DNA of 62,973 bases, counting the filler, from Octopus bimaculoides (Eukaryota), in NCBI RefSeq assembly GCF_001194135.2. It is 3 parts of 3 records of this genome, joined end to end, with 100 filler letters (N's around TTAATTAATTAA, not from the genome) between each part and the next. Parts side by side here need not be neighbours in the genome. Positions count along the whole stretch, not along the records: positions 18,449 to 45,721 come from NC_068987.1; 2 more parts are not named here. One strand, given 5' to 3'. The notes beneath the pieces are model-generated. The model was not told where the DNA came from and made no database searches. It saw nothing but the letters and a program-made list of their open reading frames with translations. This document shows, piece by piece, positions 27,568-39,540 of the stretch (within the stretch, counting starts at the first letter, position 1; every line of letters begins with the position of its first letter). The position numbers and the translations under genes were made by a program.

Positions 27568-29849
27568 CAAAATTTACGCTAAGATTGGAGCTATGAGATT
27601 TTTTAATAGAGGACCTTCGGTTGTTACACAAAACGAAAAGTCAATCTACGCTGTATGTTAATTGAACACAAACACAAATATAGACAATCCGAAGCAATCA
27701 GATGAAAATTAAAGCTCGAAATATTAAATGCTCACTGAAGATTTATAAGAAAGAAGAGAAACGCCACTCATCAATGACCTGATGAATCCACGTTAACTAA
27801 CACTTAAACCTCCTTCAACAAAACAGAAAACAACAACAACGACACAAATACAAAACACCAATATATTTATTTTAATCCTACACAACAAACAGTAATCTTG
27901 TGTTATACAGAATTATGTCTTCTTTTTTCTTATAATACTCAACTGCATTTAATTCAATCTTGAATTAGATGCAATTCTGTACAATAAAAGATTAAGACTT
28001 GTATAAACCCGTCAGCATGCAAATATTGGTCGAGTTTCTTTAAGCGTACAAGCTCGCCATGTTTTAAACTTCCGTTGCAAATCACTGCAATTTCTGCTGA
28101 CGTAAGTCGACGGTAGAATGAGTTCGTTTTCCTTTTCTTGCTCTTTTGTTTTTTTCTAAAGCTTTTAATTTTTCTTTTCTTTTCCTCGTTTTCTTTCAAA
28201 GTTTTTCTTTTCAAACACTTGATTTAATTCTGTTCCAATGGAGAAAAGAAATGCCAAATAAAAAATTTTTTAAATACGAAAAAAATAGTCTAGCAAAAAA
28301 AAAAAAGAAAAGAAAAAATGTACTAAAAAGATAGAAAAGATTAGTAAAAAATCGTATTTGGAAAAAAAAAAAGAAAAATAACTGGCACATATATAGACGC
28401 ACACACACATCACATCCACCCGAATAGACACACAAGTGAAACAACTATTAGGACAGCATATACGCTATATCAAATACATGATGTATTTAATAAAGTATGC
28501 GTTAATACAGACATTACAGTTCTAGTCTGTAGCTTCGTGACTTGTAGCCTGAATAAGCATATCATACTGCTACAAATCTAAAGAGTAAATGTGGCCAAGT
28601 GTTTTACTAATGACGTATGTATGTATGTATGTATGTATGTATGTATGTATGTATGTATGTGTGAATGTATATATATATATATGTATGTGTGAATGTATGT
28701 GGGAATGTATATATGTGTGCCTATATATATNNNNNNNNNNNNNNNNNNNNNNNNNNNNNNNNNNNNNNNNNNNNNNNNNNNNNNNNNNNNNNNNNNNNNN
28801 NNNNNNNNNNNNNNNNNNNNNNNNNNNNNNNNNNNNNNNNNNNNNNNNNNNNNNNNNNNNNNNNNNNNNNNNNNNNNNNNNNNNNNATATATATATATAT
28901 ATATATATATACAACGTACACTTGCACACACTTACGTACACACATAAACACGTTCACATATTCACACACACACGCACATATATATATATACAGGTGAAAT
29001 TTTATTATCACGGAATTGACAGGGTATGAAAAAATAATTCGTAACAATGACATCACCAAAGACAAATCTTTAAGATTAAGACACTTTTGTTTATGCAGTA
29101 CACATGAATAGACACATAGCGGAATATGTGAACAATACGGTTTCGAGAAAAAGACAAAAAAAGCCATGAGCAAGACAGTAAACGTTCCAAACGTGGCAGC
29201 TACGCTATTTATATGGAATTAGAGTTTATTTTATAAATTTTCTAATAGTGACCATTAATAAGAATGAAAGTGTTCCATTCGTAGCTATCACATTTTATTA
29301 ATGCAAAATTTTCCAACACTTACTGAGCCGTCACCTTTTTAAAAAGAATTCCAAGATTTTTTCACATTGTTTTAACCAATATTTGATACATTGATGAAAG
29401 ATTTCTGATTTCTTACAGACCTGACTGTTGAAAGTTGCATAATCTGTTCTATTGGATCGATCGAAGAGTAAGAGATATTAAACAGATCGCAAGATAAACA
29501 CAGGAAACTTTGTATTTAGTGCTTTCGTTTGAAAACCATTACCTGTTAAGTATGGAGTCCTATTTATTGTTGATGCGACTGGTCTTAGAACATGATGCAC
29601 CACCTAGAACTATGGCATTTACATTGTCAAAGCAAAGAATTAATTCTAATAAACCCCAAAGTAACTAAACCTACAGGCACACCCGCTGATCAAAAAATTT
29701 CTTATACTGACCTAGATACTTTTTGTGAACCACTAAAAGACGATCCCATGACCTGAAGCTGATACACCTAAACATACACATCCCTTTATGAAGTTCTACA
29801 TGCACGAATAAATTCTGAACAATAACATGACCTTAAATTTAATTAATAA

Positions 29850-30040
29850 AATTTCTCCAAAACACCTCACAATCACTACCCACCCTACAATCTAATTAGC
29901 GTTCTTCTGAAACCCACTTATCCGAAGAAATTTTTTTTATCTCAACAGAGACTATATAAAGCCAAGATTAACTTCAATACATCGCAGTCCGACGGTGCCT
30001 TAGCCGGCCAAAACTCCGAAGTCACTGTCAATGAGATGGA
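29850..30040 (+). mobile_element. Possible Penelope-like terminal remnant
   Basis: ACTATATAAAGCC ... GTCCGACGGTGCCTTAGCCGGCCAAAACTCCGAAGTCACTGTC weakly resembles pLTR TATA and (C)GAAAC motifs. Confidence 0.25.
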
Positions 30041-31544
30041 TAAGGATATATATTATATATATATATGTCTATATATGTGTCTATATATATGTATATATAT
30101 GTGTGTGTAGGTATATACATACATGTATACTTATTTATAAACATTTATGTAAGCATGGAAACATATATGCTTGTGTGTGAGTATTCACAGATAGATGTTT
30201 ATACATACACACACACTCACGCAACACACACACATATGACTTTACAATATTTTACATTATATATATATATGTATATATATGAAAGAGAAAGAAAGAAAGA
30301 GCGAGAGAGAGAGAAAAAGAGAGAGAGAGAGAGAGAGAGAGAGGAGTGTGTGTGTTTGTGTGTGTGTGTTGTTGTTGTTGTCTGGACTATTTGTTTGAAT
30401 ATTCATTGTGTGTTTCGTGATCAAGTGTATGTAAATGCTATTCTGAGTTAAAATTTTACCACACAAATTTTTTCATGCGTGAGGTCATTCTGTCTATGTT
30501 AGTACAGTCATTTACTGGCATGCTTGGTGTTGACGTATGTGATGTATCTGTTATTTCATATCTGAATGTTTATGGCTAGAAACGGAATCATTGTAGTGCT
30601 TCTAGACATATTTGTGTTCTTATATTTTATTTTTGTACGGAATACTTTACTAGGTCTTCATTTAATTTCCCGACATCTTACAGTGTGTCCTTTATAACGT
30701 GTATATCGACCACCTTCCTTGCGTATATTTTTGTTTCTGCTTTAGTAACACTATGAGTTCTATTATATCCACACAGACCAACGCAAACGTAAGTTCTAAG
30801 GGAGAACCCATGGCTAGTCTATCTGAGTGTTGTGTAGCTTATATCTCAATTAGTGAAAAGGTAACTTTTTTTTACAAAACAATTTTTTGTTTTCAGAATG
30901 TTAACTGCAATAGTGGATGATTTATCATTGGTTGTTTGAACACATTACTAACGACGGTTTCTGTGGTTTCGCCACCAGAAATTTGATAAGCTTTCTACAT
31001 CTGAGATAGATGTGTTTACCTATTTCGTTGGTTTCTACTAAATGAGATCTTTTGGAATTCTTCAGATGACCTTTTACTATATTTTTCTGGTGTCTATTGT
31101 TTGATAATGTTGCATAATTATTTAACGATTCTGTATTTTGGTATGTTTATTTGAGAAACTATGGCTCGAAAACTTTTGTTTTGTCTGTTTCTTTCTATTG
31201 TTCCATAAATGTGATAGGGCAAGTTTAATTTCAATACAGGGAAATGGATGGGATTATATTTGAACATTTATTGCGTTGCTGTTGTCTTACTGAACTTTTA
31301 CAAATTTGCTGTTGCTATTGAGTAAACGTAGACTACATTTCCTGAAATCACAGCGGAACATTAATAATGTACTACTAAAACATTAAAATTAAAAAGCTTC
31401 CTATCGATGGTAAACCTCTGTGTATGTAACTCCACGATCAAGTTACGAACAGTGATTTAAATATTTGATTGCAAGCAATTTAAATATTTGATTGCAACTC
31501 AGTAGACTCAGTAGACTCAGGCCATACAAGTTTGGTATTCGTGC

Positions 31545-31772
31545 ACCGCTTTATCAACTCCGTGAGGATGAACAAAACAATAGAGTTGACCCCCACAGGA
31601 TTTGAACCTAAAGCATTGAAAACCGGAACAAATACAACGAGGTATCCTAACAATAGGTCAATTTTGCCGTTTATCGTCCTCGATGGGATTAACAACACAG
31701 TCGACCTCCGCGGGATTTGAACCGGAACAAATACTGCAAGGTATTTCATTCTAACGATCGGTCAGTTTTGCC
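31545..31772 (-). mobile_element. Two tandem heads of a SINE-B variant (~120-bp units)
   Basis: Both units carry GTYGACC..C..GGATTTGAACC, CCGGAACAAATAC and end in GGTCA(A/G)TTTTGCC. Confidence 0.7.
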
Positions 31773-32244
31773 ACAGTTCTACTTTAGCATAAACCACAGA
31801 AAAAAAAACAACTACAACAAAAAACTTACCTAATAGCTAACTGTTAAAACGTATATAGTTCAGTAGTTATTGATCGATTTAAGGGCGAAAACGTTTTGCT
31901 TGCTAAAACATCTAATTTGTAAATGTCATTATTGGACTAACAAATATTTATCTATCAACTATTTAATTAGACTAGATCTGACTAGATCTTAATTGTTCAA
32001 AACTTGTTTATTTAATTTGCTTTCTGTTTATTAGATACTGACAAGAATGTTAACGTTTGAATCGTGTAATTGATTCGAGGAGTTTGATTGCTGTTTGTTT
32101 GCTTTATTGTTCCCATAATTTGGAGTAGTAGGATAAGGCGGAATCATCGGAAGCATTGCTTCTGCTTCAGTTTTGGCAACAAGCTGGAATGAGAACGGAG
32201 ATATTTATGAGCTTGATTGATCTGTTAGTAATAATTATTTATGA

Positions 32245-32408
32245 TTTTTGGCACGAGGCGAGCAATTTTGAGAGGAAGGGATGTCGACTACATCAACTCT
32301 TGTGCTCAAATGACACTTATTTTACTGACCCCGAAAGGATGAAAAGCAAATTTCTGTTCTGAGTCAGCTTTGCCTTTCATATCTTCAGAGTCAATGAAAT
32401 AAATACTA
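32245..32408. mobile_element. Two SINE-B fragments joined in inverted orientation
   Basis: 32245-32351 is the minus-strand 3' half and 32353-32408 is the plus-strand central domain; 32315-32350 vs the reverse complement of 32369-32404 match 27/36. Confidence 0.8.
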
Positions 32409-32509
32409 AACAGGTGTTGTTTAATCAAATGTCACTATTGCCAGATATTTGTGAACTTGTGTCTATGTGGATTAGCAATATTTGAGCACAGAACGTAAGG
32501 AGCGGGCAG

Positions 32510-33219
32510 ATATGTCGCTAAGGATAATGTTCGGTGTGCAAACGGTTCTGCCGTGGAATGGCCGCAAACGGTTCATGTGGAATGGCAGCAATTTCTTGAC
32601 GAATTGCATCCTTTAATTGTTCAATAGACGTAAGGCGATGAGTGTATACCTCTAATTTCAGGTATCGCCACAGAAAAAAAATCACACGGGTTCAAATCAG
32701 GTGATCGAGTAAGCTAACCGATATCACCGCGCAATGAGATCAAATGACCGGGGAACATCTCCCTCAAAATCTCAATCGCACGTCGAGAAGTGTGGGCTGT
32801 TGCCCCATCCTGTTGAAACCAAACATTGTCCCTATCGTCAAGTTCATTCAATTTGGGTTCCAGAAAAGTCTGTAGCACCACACGACATCAATCAGAGTTC
32901 ACAGTCACTGTAACATTGTCTTCGAAGAAGTACGGACTCCAAATGCCGAATTCTGCTGATGCAGAATTGCGAGTAGGTACGGGATCGTGTCTACCAGGCC
33001 TGCAGTGTACACGGAAAGCTCTTTTTGTTGCAATTACGGATTCGTTGTTCTTGATAAGCGTTTCCACTGAAAACGAATTGAAACAAAATGTCACAAATGA
33101 CACCAATTGAAACAAAATGGCATTATATGTACATTTCGAAAATAAAAACATGTTTCGTTCTTTGCTCTATTTCACTTTATTAAACCTACACATTTGTCAG
33201 ATCATTTTGCCACGCCCTG
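32510..33219 (-). mobile_element. Internally deleted Tc1/mariner element, DD41D (rosa/VS) type; transposase pseudogene
   Basis: 5' end CAGGGCGTGGCAAAATG after TA (33220-33221). N-terminal FSVETLIKNNESVIATKRAFRVH..GRHDPVP is fused to AEFGIWSPYFFE..WFQQDGATAHT..SPDLNPCD. With one frameshift corrected, 41 residues separate the second and third Asp. Stops and frameshifts are present; no 3' TIR found. Confidence 0.9.
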
Positions 33220-33575
33220 TATGTATACAAACACACATACACACATACTCATGACACTTTTTGTGTAGGACGATGAAATTAATTAAACAATCTATCTTGA
33301 TGGAAGCGCTCTCAGTAAATAGATGATTAGTTGCATTGATTTATATACATCATCAAGGAATTCATATTTTCTTCTTGTCTCACCAACAGATGAATTTGAA
33401 TTAAACATTACAAGAAATAAAGATAGTTTATGACTAATTCGTTTTATCATTGGTTTTCTCTGACCAGGCTTCATATATGGTTGTGCCCTTCCCCATTTAG
33501 TAGCATAGAGTGTAATTTGCATATAATTTAGCTGCCATATCTAGCATTCCCAGCGACAACGTATGTTCACCTTAG

Positions 33576-34800
33576 TGGCTCATTTTTGTATTGTGTTTCT
33601 GACGTGTTTACTCGTTTAGTGTATGAGAGACCTTCACTGGCTCGTTCTCTGTATAAAGGCTCATTTCGTTGACTCATTCATTGTATCGTGTCTGTCCTTC
33701 TTTGACTCACTCAATGTGCAGTAGCCCTTCGGTGGCTCGTTTGGCGTATAGAACAATCCTTCGTTGACTTATTTATTGTGCAGTGTCTCTCCTTTATCTT
33801 CACATTTAATGTATAGAAGCTCCGCATTGGATCGTTCGCTCTGTCACTGTATAATGTCACACATTTTACTCATTCTATGTATAGATCCCACTACACCCAA
33901 TTAGTTCGTTCGTCGTGTGGCGGAACCCATACCCTTTGGCTCACTCATTGTCTAGTGCAGCGGTTCCCAATCTATGTTTTGTCTATGAACCCCTTTGTTT
34001 CATACTTTACTCAGATGGANNNNNNNNNNCATAGCTATTCGATATTAAAATAAAAACACATTTTAATAATTACATACTATTCGGAGTTGTAAAAAAAAAT
34101 ATTGTTAAAATATTTTATGCATTGTGTAACAATAACCACCTTTAGCAACAAAAAATCTTATGCGAACTCTTAAGGGTCGCGTGGACTCCCGTTAAGAACT
34201 ACTGGACTTGTGTATCCTTTTTGTTTCTTCATTCAGTACATAAAAACCCTTCATTGCTTGTTTCATGTATAAAAGCCCACCTTGTTCGCTCTCGTGTACA
34301 TCTTTTACTCATCGAATGTATGGAAGCTCCTCATTGCTTAATCAGTGTATGGTCTCTCCGTTTACTCATTCAGTGTACGGAAAGCCGTCATTGGCTCATT
34401 AAGTGTATGGAGGATGACCTCTTTGGCTCATTCATTGTAAAATGGTTCCACTTCGTTTACTTACGCAGTCTATAGAAGCTCTTTGTTGACTCCTTTACTG
34501 TATAGTGTCTGCTCTCAGTTTACTCAACGAACAGAATTGGCGAATTCGGTATATACTGTCGCCCTCTTCCTTTACTTCTTATTCAATGCATAGAAGCTTC
34601 TGGTTGGATCGTTCAGTGTGTAGAACTCAGCCTCGTTGGCACATTCAATATTCTGAAAATTCCTCCATTTCGTTGACTCGTTCGGTATGTAGAGGTATCC
34701 ATGGATATTTGCGTGTATAGAAATCGCCTCACCTCACTAGTGATTATTTCAGTATATAGAATACTTTGCCTCGTTCATTCATTCATTCTGTGTAGAGCGC
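33576..34800. repeat. Degenerate ~28-35-bp minisatellite, core TT(G/T)(A/G)CTCATTCAGTGTATAGAA, about 30 units
   Basis: The core recurs at roughly 31-bp spacing on both sides of the hAT-like insertion; units are highly diverged. Confidence 0.85.
33958..34204. mobile_element. Non-autonomous hAT (Charlie-like) MITE
   Basis: Ends CAGCGGTTCCCAA and (reverse complement) CAGTAGTTCTTAA resemble the CAGTGGTTCTCAA hAT TIR. 8-bp flanks GTCTAGTG (33950-33957) / GACTTGTG (34205-34212) match 6/8. Confidence 0.75.
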
Positions 34801-34933
34801 TGACACTTCCCGCCAATACCTAAGTTAGAATTTCCTGATATAATTATAAAAGGGTCTAATGGAACATTTGACTGTACTCGTCCCTTGAATATTACTGTTA
34901 CGAACTTAAATCCACCCCTGAAAGTTCTAAAAT

Positions 34934-35145
34934 ATTGGTTTCAAATTTTTGTACAAGGACACCTACCTCGGGGCGGGTTGAGTAGATTACATTGACCCCA
35001 GTGTTCAATTAGTCCTTATTTTATCAACTCCCAAAGGATGAAGGGTAAAGTCGACTTCGGCCGAATTTGAACTCAGAACGTAAAAACAGACGAAATGCCG
35101 CTAAGCATTTTCCCGGCGTGCCAACTATTCTGCCAGCTCGCCGCC
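34934..35145 (-). mobile_element. SINE family B, full length
   Basis: TTGGTTTCAAATT tail through CTGCCAGCTCGCCGCC head. Confidence 0.92.
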
Positions 35146-35160
35146 TTAATGGTCTGAGAT

Positions 35161-35377
35161 ATTTGTTTCAAATATTGGGGCACAAGGCCAGCGATTGTCG
35201 GGAAGATGGGTAGTCGATTACATAGACCCCAATGCTTAACTGACACTTATTTCAACGACCCTGAAAGGATGAAAGGCAAAGTCGACCTCGGTGGAATTTG
35301 AACTCAGAACGCAAAGACGGACGAAATGCCGCTAAGTATTTTGCTCGGATTGCTAACGATTTGGCCAGCTCGCTGCC
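35161..35377 (-). mobile_element. SINE family B, full length
   Basis: GAAAGGATGAAAGGCAAAGTCGACCTCGGTGGAATTTGAACTCAGAACG ... GGCCAGCTCGCTGCC. Confidence 0.92.
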
Positions 35378-36124
35378 TTAAGGTTCTGAGATATTAAGTT
35401 GACAGTGTTATTTGTATTTTGGAACATAGAGAATCGAACCCAAAATACCACAAGCCAATTAATTCCTCAGTCTTGTTTCTGCGAACTCAACACGAGCCTA
35501 AGCTAAATGAATATTTCACGATCTAACTAGTAAAGTTGGTGTGGCTCTTTTTTTTTGTCAATCGACCTGCTAAAAATAGAAACCACTAATAACGTCTTTC
35601 AGTTAACACCTATCCGTCTTAAAACTGGTTATATACAAGACATAAGATAATGTATTCTGGATAAACTTAGAAAGAGGGGATGGTCATAAATTTGCTCGAA
35701 CAAGGTTAGCCCTCGTCTAAACAACAACAACAAAAACAAAAAAAAAACAACAGTAACAACATCAAAAACTGTTTTATAATTTCATTGGAACGATAATGGA
35801 GGGGGTGCAAATGATTGCAACAATACATTGCCGGACAAAACAGCTTGCAGTATTTATAATTATATCAGTTTGCGTGTAGCAATCTTAGCCTGCGCAGGAT
35901 GAGATAGTTTTTCGCTCAGCCAGAGTCGATAGAATCTATAGCAGTGTCCATTCAAATAGACTATAGGTCTTCTTCTCAATAAATGTGTAGGCTAATGCCA
36001 ATATCAGACATCATTAATTATAACAATAGATGTCGATGTTAATATATTGATTGCAAACATATAAATAAACGCAAAGACTACAAAGTTGAACAGAAGCAGG
36101 AGATGGGAGTAGTAAATGATATAC

Positions 36125-36169
<45 letters not shown>

Positions 36170-36425
36170 TATACATATATAAAACTCCAATAGCCAAAGA
36201 TTAGTGTCATGATTGAAACTCAGAGTACCAAGGAGTTTGATCCATATATATATAACTATATATATATATATNNNNNNNNNNATATGCAGTTTCTACATAG
36301 TTTCTTTTACATAAGAAATTGTACACTACATACATACATATATACATACATACATACATATACACATACACACACATATATTTATATATGTGCGTATGTG
36401 AGTGTGTGCATATGAGTATAAATAA

Positions 36426-36640
36426 GGCGGTAAGCTGGCAGAATCGTTAGCACGCTGGGCAAAATGCTTAGCCACATTTTGTCCGTCTTTAATTTCTGAG
36501 TTCAAATTCCACCGAGGTCGACTTCGCCTTTCGTTGTTTCGGGATCGATAAAATAAGTACCAGTTGAGCACTGGCGTCCATGTAATTGATTTAGCCCCTA
36601 CCCAGAAATCGATGTCCTCGTGCCAAGGTTTGAAACCAAA
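36426..36640 (+). mobile_element. SINE family B, full length
   Basis: A-box-like TGGCAGAATCG, B-box GAGTTCAAATTCC, central GGTCGACTTCGCCTTTCG..GATAAAATAAGTACCAG, tail GTGCCAAGGTTTGAAACCAA. The central domain recalls the Meta/Sauria-SINE domain (from memory, unverified). Confidence 0.92.
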
Positions 36641-37024
36641 ATTAAAGGGACGTAACTAATTACTGGAAAGCGACTTCTCCTGCGCTTTACTGTTTGCGCC
36701 CTCCACCATTCTTCATCTTTAATGTCATATATGGCATGCATCAAGGCTAACTCGCCATGTAACACACAATGATACACACCAGTTACTACTGCGAAGCGCA
36801 CAAATTATTGTTTTAATTACAAAGGAAAGAATTTTCTTCATTCTTCTTCGTAATAAGAAATGCAAAAGGAAATTAATTATTTTTGATTAACTAAATGTAA
36901 TAAGCAAAGCTCTGTCTTTCCCTTTTTCGATATCATTTTTTCTCGTTGAGTTTATAATGGAAAGAGCGATACTAATAAAGAAAAGAATATTACGAATTAA
37001 AAAGAGAGACCATGGTTTAGTAAC

Positions 37025-37160
37025 AGGCAGCAGCAGAAATAATAATAATAGTAGTAGTAGTGGTGGTGGTGATGCTAGCGGTAGTAATAGTAGTAGTCGT
37101 GGTGGTAGTAATGGTGATAGTGGTGGTGGTGGTGGCTGTGGTGGTAGCAGTAGTTGTTTA
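37025..37160. repeat. Compound (AAT)/(AGT)/(GGT) triplet tract
   Basis: Read directly; source of the Gly/Ser-rich ORF 36957-37163. Confidence 0.9.
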
Positions 37161-37479
37161 TAATTTTTTTTCCCCTAAAGGAAAAACAAGTGTAAAAGAA
37201 GTGAAATGATGGAAGACGAGATAAAAGATATAAAATAACGATATTGTTTATATCTTAGGTCAGCCTGATTGAGTTAACCTATTATCAAAGGTTTTCCTGA
37301 AATAGCGTATCAAGGACTATAAGTTCATCGTGAAATTTGGTTACTGTTTGCAGCAGTTTTCTTTTTTATCGTTCTTTTAGGAGCAAACCTTCTTTGCTCG
37401 GCAAAATAATGAATTGGAACAAAATTACAAATTTTAGTGACAGGTGTTGTCAGTTTTAGGGATGAGTTTTAAGGAGCAA

Positions 37480-37620
37480 ATTGACAGAGCTGCGAGAATT
37501 TGGATAATAGAATAGAATGCCTCGTAGTATCTGTTCCGGCGCTCTGCGCTTTGAGTTCAAATCTCGCCGAGGGCAACTTTACCTTTAATCTTTCTGGCGT
37601 CAGTAACAAAGAACCAGCCC
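37480..37620 (+). mobile_element. SINE-B variant head, degenerate
   Basis: TGTTCCGG..CTCTGCGCTTTGAGTTCAAATCTCGCCGAGGGCAACTTTACCTTTAATC; same variant as 31545-31772. Confidence 0.65.
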
Positions 37621-38049
37621 GTGCCAGTGTCAGACGAGATACTTTACGATATTTGTACCGATCCTTTGGATTCTAAACAACAACACCTGCGACAGCATTG
37701 GTTTAGGGTTTCCTTCGTTCTTTCCTTGCTGCTAACAGTGTTGGGGACTCTGGAGATGGTCTTTGGCTGCAATTCTTTGTTTTCTCAGTTAACCGTATAA
37801 TAAATAGAATAAAATATGCCAACTCTGATAAGATTTGATCTGGGAATATAACGAGATGTAACTAAATGCCCCCAAAGCATTACTGTTGACTTATCAGTTG
37901 GTCTTGTTAATTCGTTTATTTTCCCCTCAATGAAATGTGATAACAATAACTATGAATGACAAGAAGAACAAAAAGAAGAGCCTCAAGAAAAAGTAAATGG
38001 AAGATCGAAGAATGACAGAGTGGTGGTGGTACTGGCGGGCAGAGGGTAA

Positions 38050-38059
38050 GTGTGAAAGA

Positions 38060-38114
<55 letters not shown>

Positions 38115-38193
38115 GAATGAGAAATTAGACACGGAGATAGATGAACGAGAAATAGATGAATGACAAAGAGAAAGGGAGAGCGAAAGAGAGATG

Positions 38194-38265
<72 letters not shown>

Positions 38266-38522
38266 TAGAGAGAGATAGATAGATGGAGAGAGAGAGAAGA
38301 GGGAGAGAGTAATTAGAGCGTACGTTGAAAGCTGGAGATAAATATATTGGAGAAACAGAAACTGGAAATGTTTTGTATAGATATATATACAGAGAGAGAG
38401 GTAGAGAGAGATGGAAGAGAGACAGTGAAAGAGAGACAGTGAAAGAGAGAAAGAGAGCGAAAGGGAGAGAGAAAGAGAGAGAGAGAGAGAGATAGAGAGA
38501 GAGAGAGATGTATATAGAGAAC
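38050..38522. repeat. ~470-bp polypurine (GA)n/(GATA)n tract
   Basis: Read directly; source of the Leu/Ser ORF 37916-38527. Confidence 0.95.
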
Positions 38523-38724
38523 AACACTATGGAGAAAACTAAGATGTGCTTATGCAGTCGCTTGATTAGCTTTATCTATTGTAATTAATTGCTGTTTTTA
38601 ATCGTCAAAGTGAGTAAAATGTGAAAGTGAAGAAATACAAACAAATAAATCAGTCGGTTCAAAAAAGGACAGCAACAGCTGAAGTCGAAGATAAACTCAG
38701 AGTAAACAGAGCAACACCAACAGC

Positions 38725-38740
38725 AATAGTAGTACTAGTG

Positions 38741-38777
<37 letters not shown>

Positions 38778-39025
38778 AAGCAGCAGATAAAACATCATCA
38801 TCATCACCATCATTATCGTCATCATCTTCAGCAACAGCAACAATAGTAATAGAAGTAACAGCGTCGTCATTTTCCTCTTCCTCCTCCTCCTCCTCCTCCT
38901 CCTCCTCATCCTCATCATCCTCATCATCGTCGTCGTCGTCGTCGTCGTCGTCATCATCATCATCAACATCATTATTAGCAGCAGCAGCAGCAGCAGCAGT
39001 AGTAAAAGTTGTTGTTGTTGTAGTT
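38725..39025. repeat. Compound triplet tract (GTA)(TCA)(TCC)(TCG)(GCA)(GTT)
   Basis: Read directly. Confidence 0.95.
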
Positions 39026-39339
39026 CGTTCTTGAATTTTACGTTATAGCTGCTGCTATTTTCATCTAGCTGCAGGTCAATCTTTATAGAATAGACCTATG
39101 GTTAAATATATTCCATATGTGACCGTCTCGTCGGTTTCTAGTGCGTGTGTGGAGTTGGGTTGGGTTTGGTGTGTTTTGGGACGGGCGGGGGAATCGTCGT
39201 CGTTCGGCTTAACAACTTCCTTTGGAACTTAGAATGAACACTGATCGAGCAGGCCTGACAATCAAACACATTCCAGGCATGACATCCCCCAAAATTTTTT
39301 AAAGGAATGTAGGGCTGTGGATTGCTAGACTAGTTAGAA

Positions 39340-39490
39340 AGTAGGAGCAAAATATATGGCGGTATGTGTTCTGAGTTCATATCTCACCAAGGTTGATAAA
39401 ACAGAGTCACATTCAAGTGCAGGGGTCGACCTAATCGACTAACCCTTTTTTCAAAATTGTTGACCTCGTGCCTAACCTTGAAATTTATAC
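39340..39490 (+). mobile_element. SINE family B, deleted copy
   Basis: GTTCTGAGTTCATATC ... GGGGTCGACCTAATCGACT ... CCTCGTGCCTAACCTTGAAAT. Confidence 0.65.
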
Positions 39491-39540
39491 CCTTGAAAAA
39501 ATGAAGTGTTGGAACTACTTTATTCAATGTGCCCATTCTT

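Noticed and set aside
31455-31520. 20-bp and 9-bp micro-duplications (ATTTAAATATTTGATTGCAA x2; CTCAGTAGA x2)
   Set aside because: Ordinary slippage-type duplications with no further structure.
34221-34475. ORF with apparent 10-aa repeats (LIECMEAPH, LIQCTESRH)
   Set aside because: By-product of the minisatellite; unit lengths are not multiples of 3 and the frame breaks on both sides.
33576-34800. CRISPR-like repeat-spacer appearance of the minisatellite
   Set aside because: Repeats are highly degenerate, linkers are only ~8-12 bp, there are no cas genes, and the context is eukaryotic.
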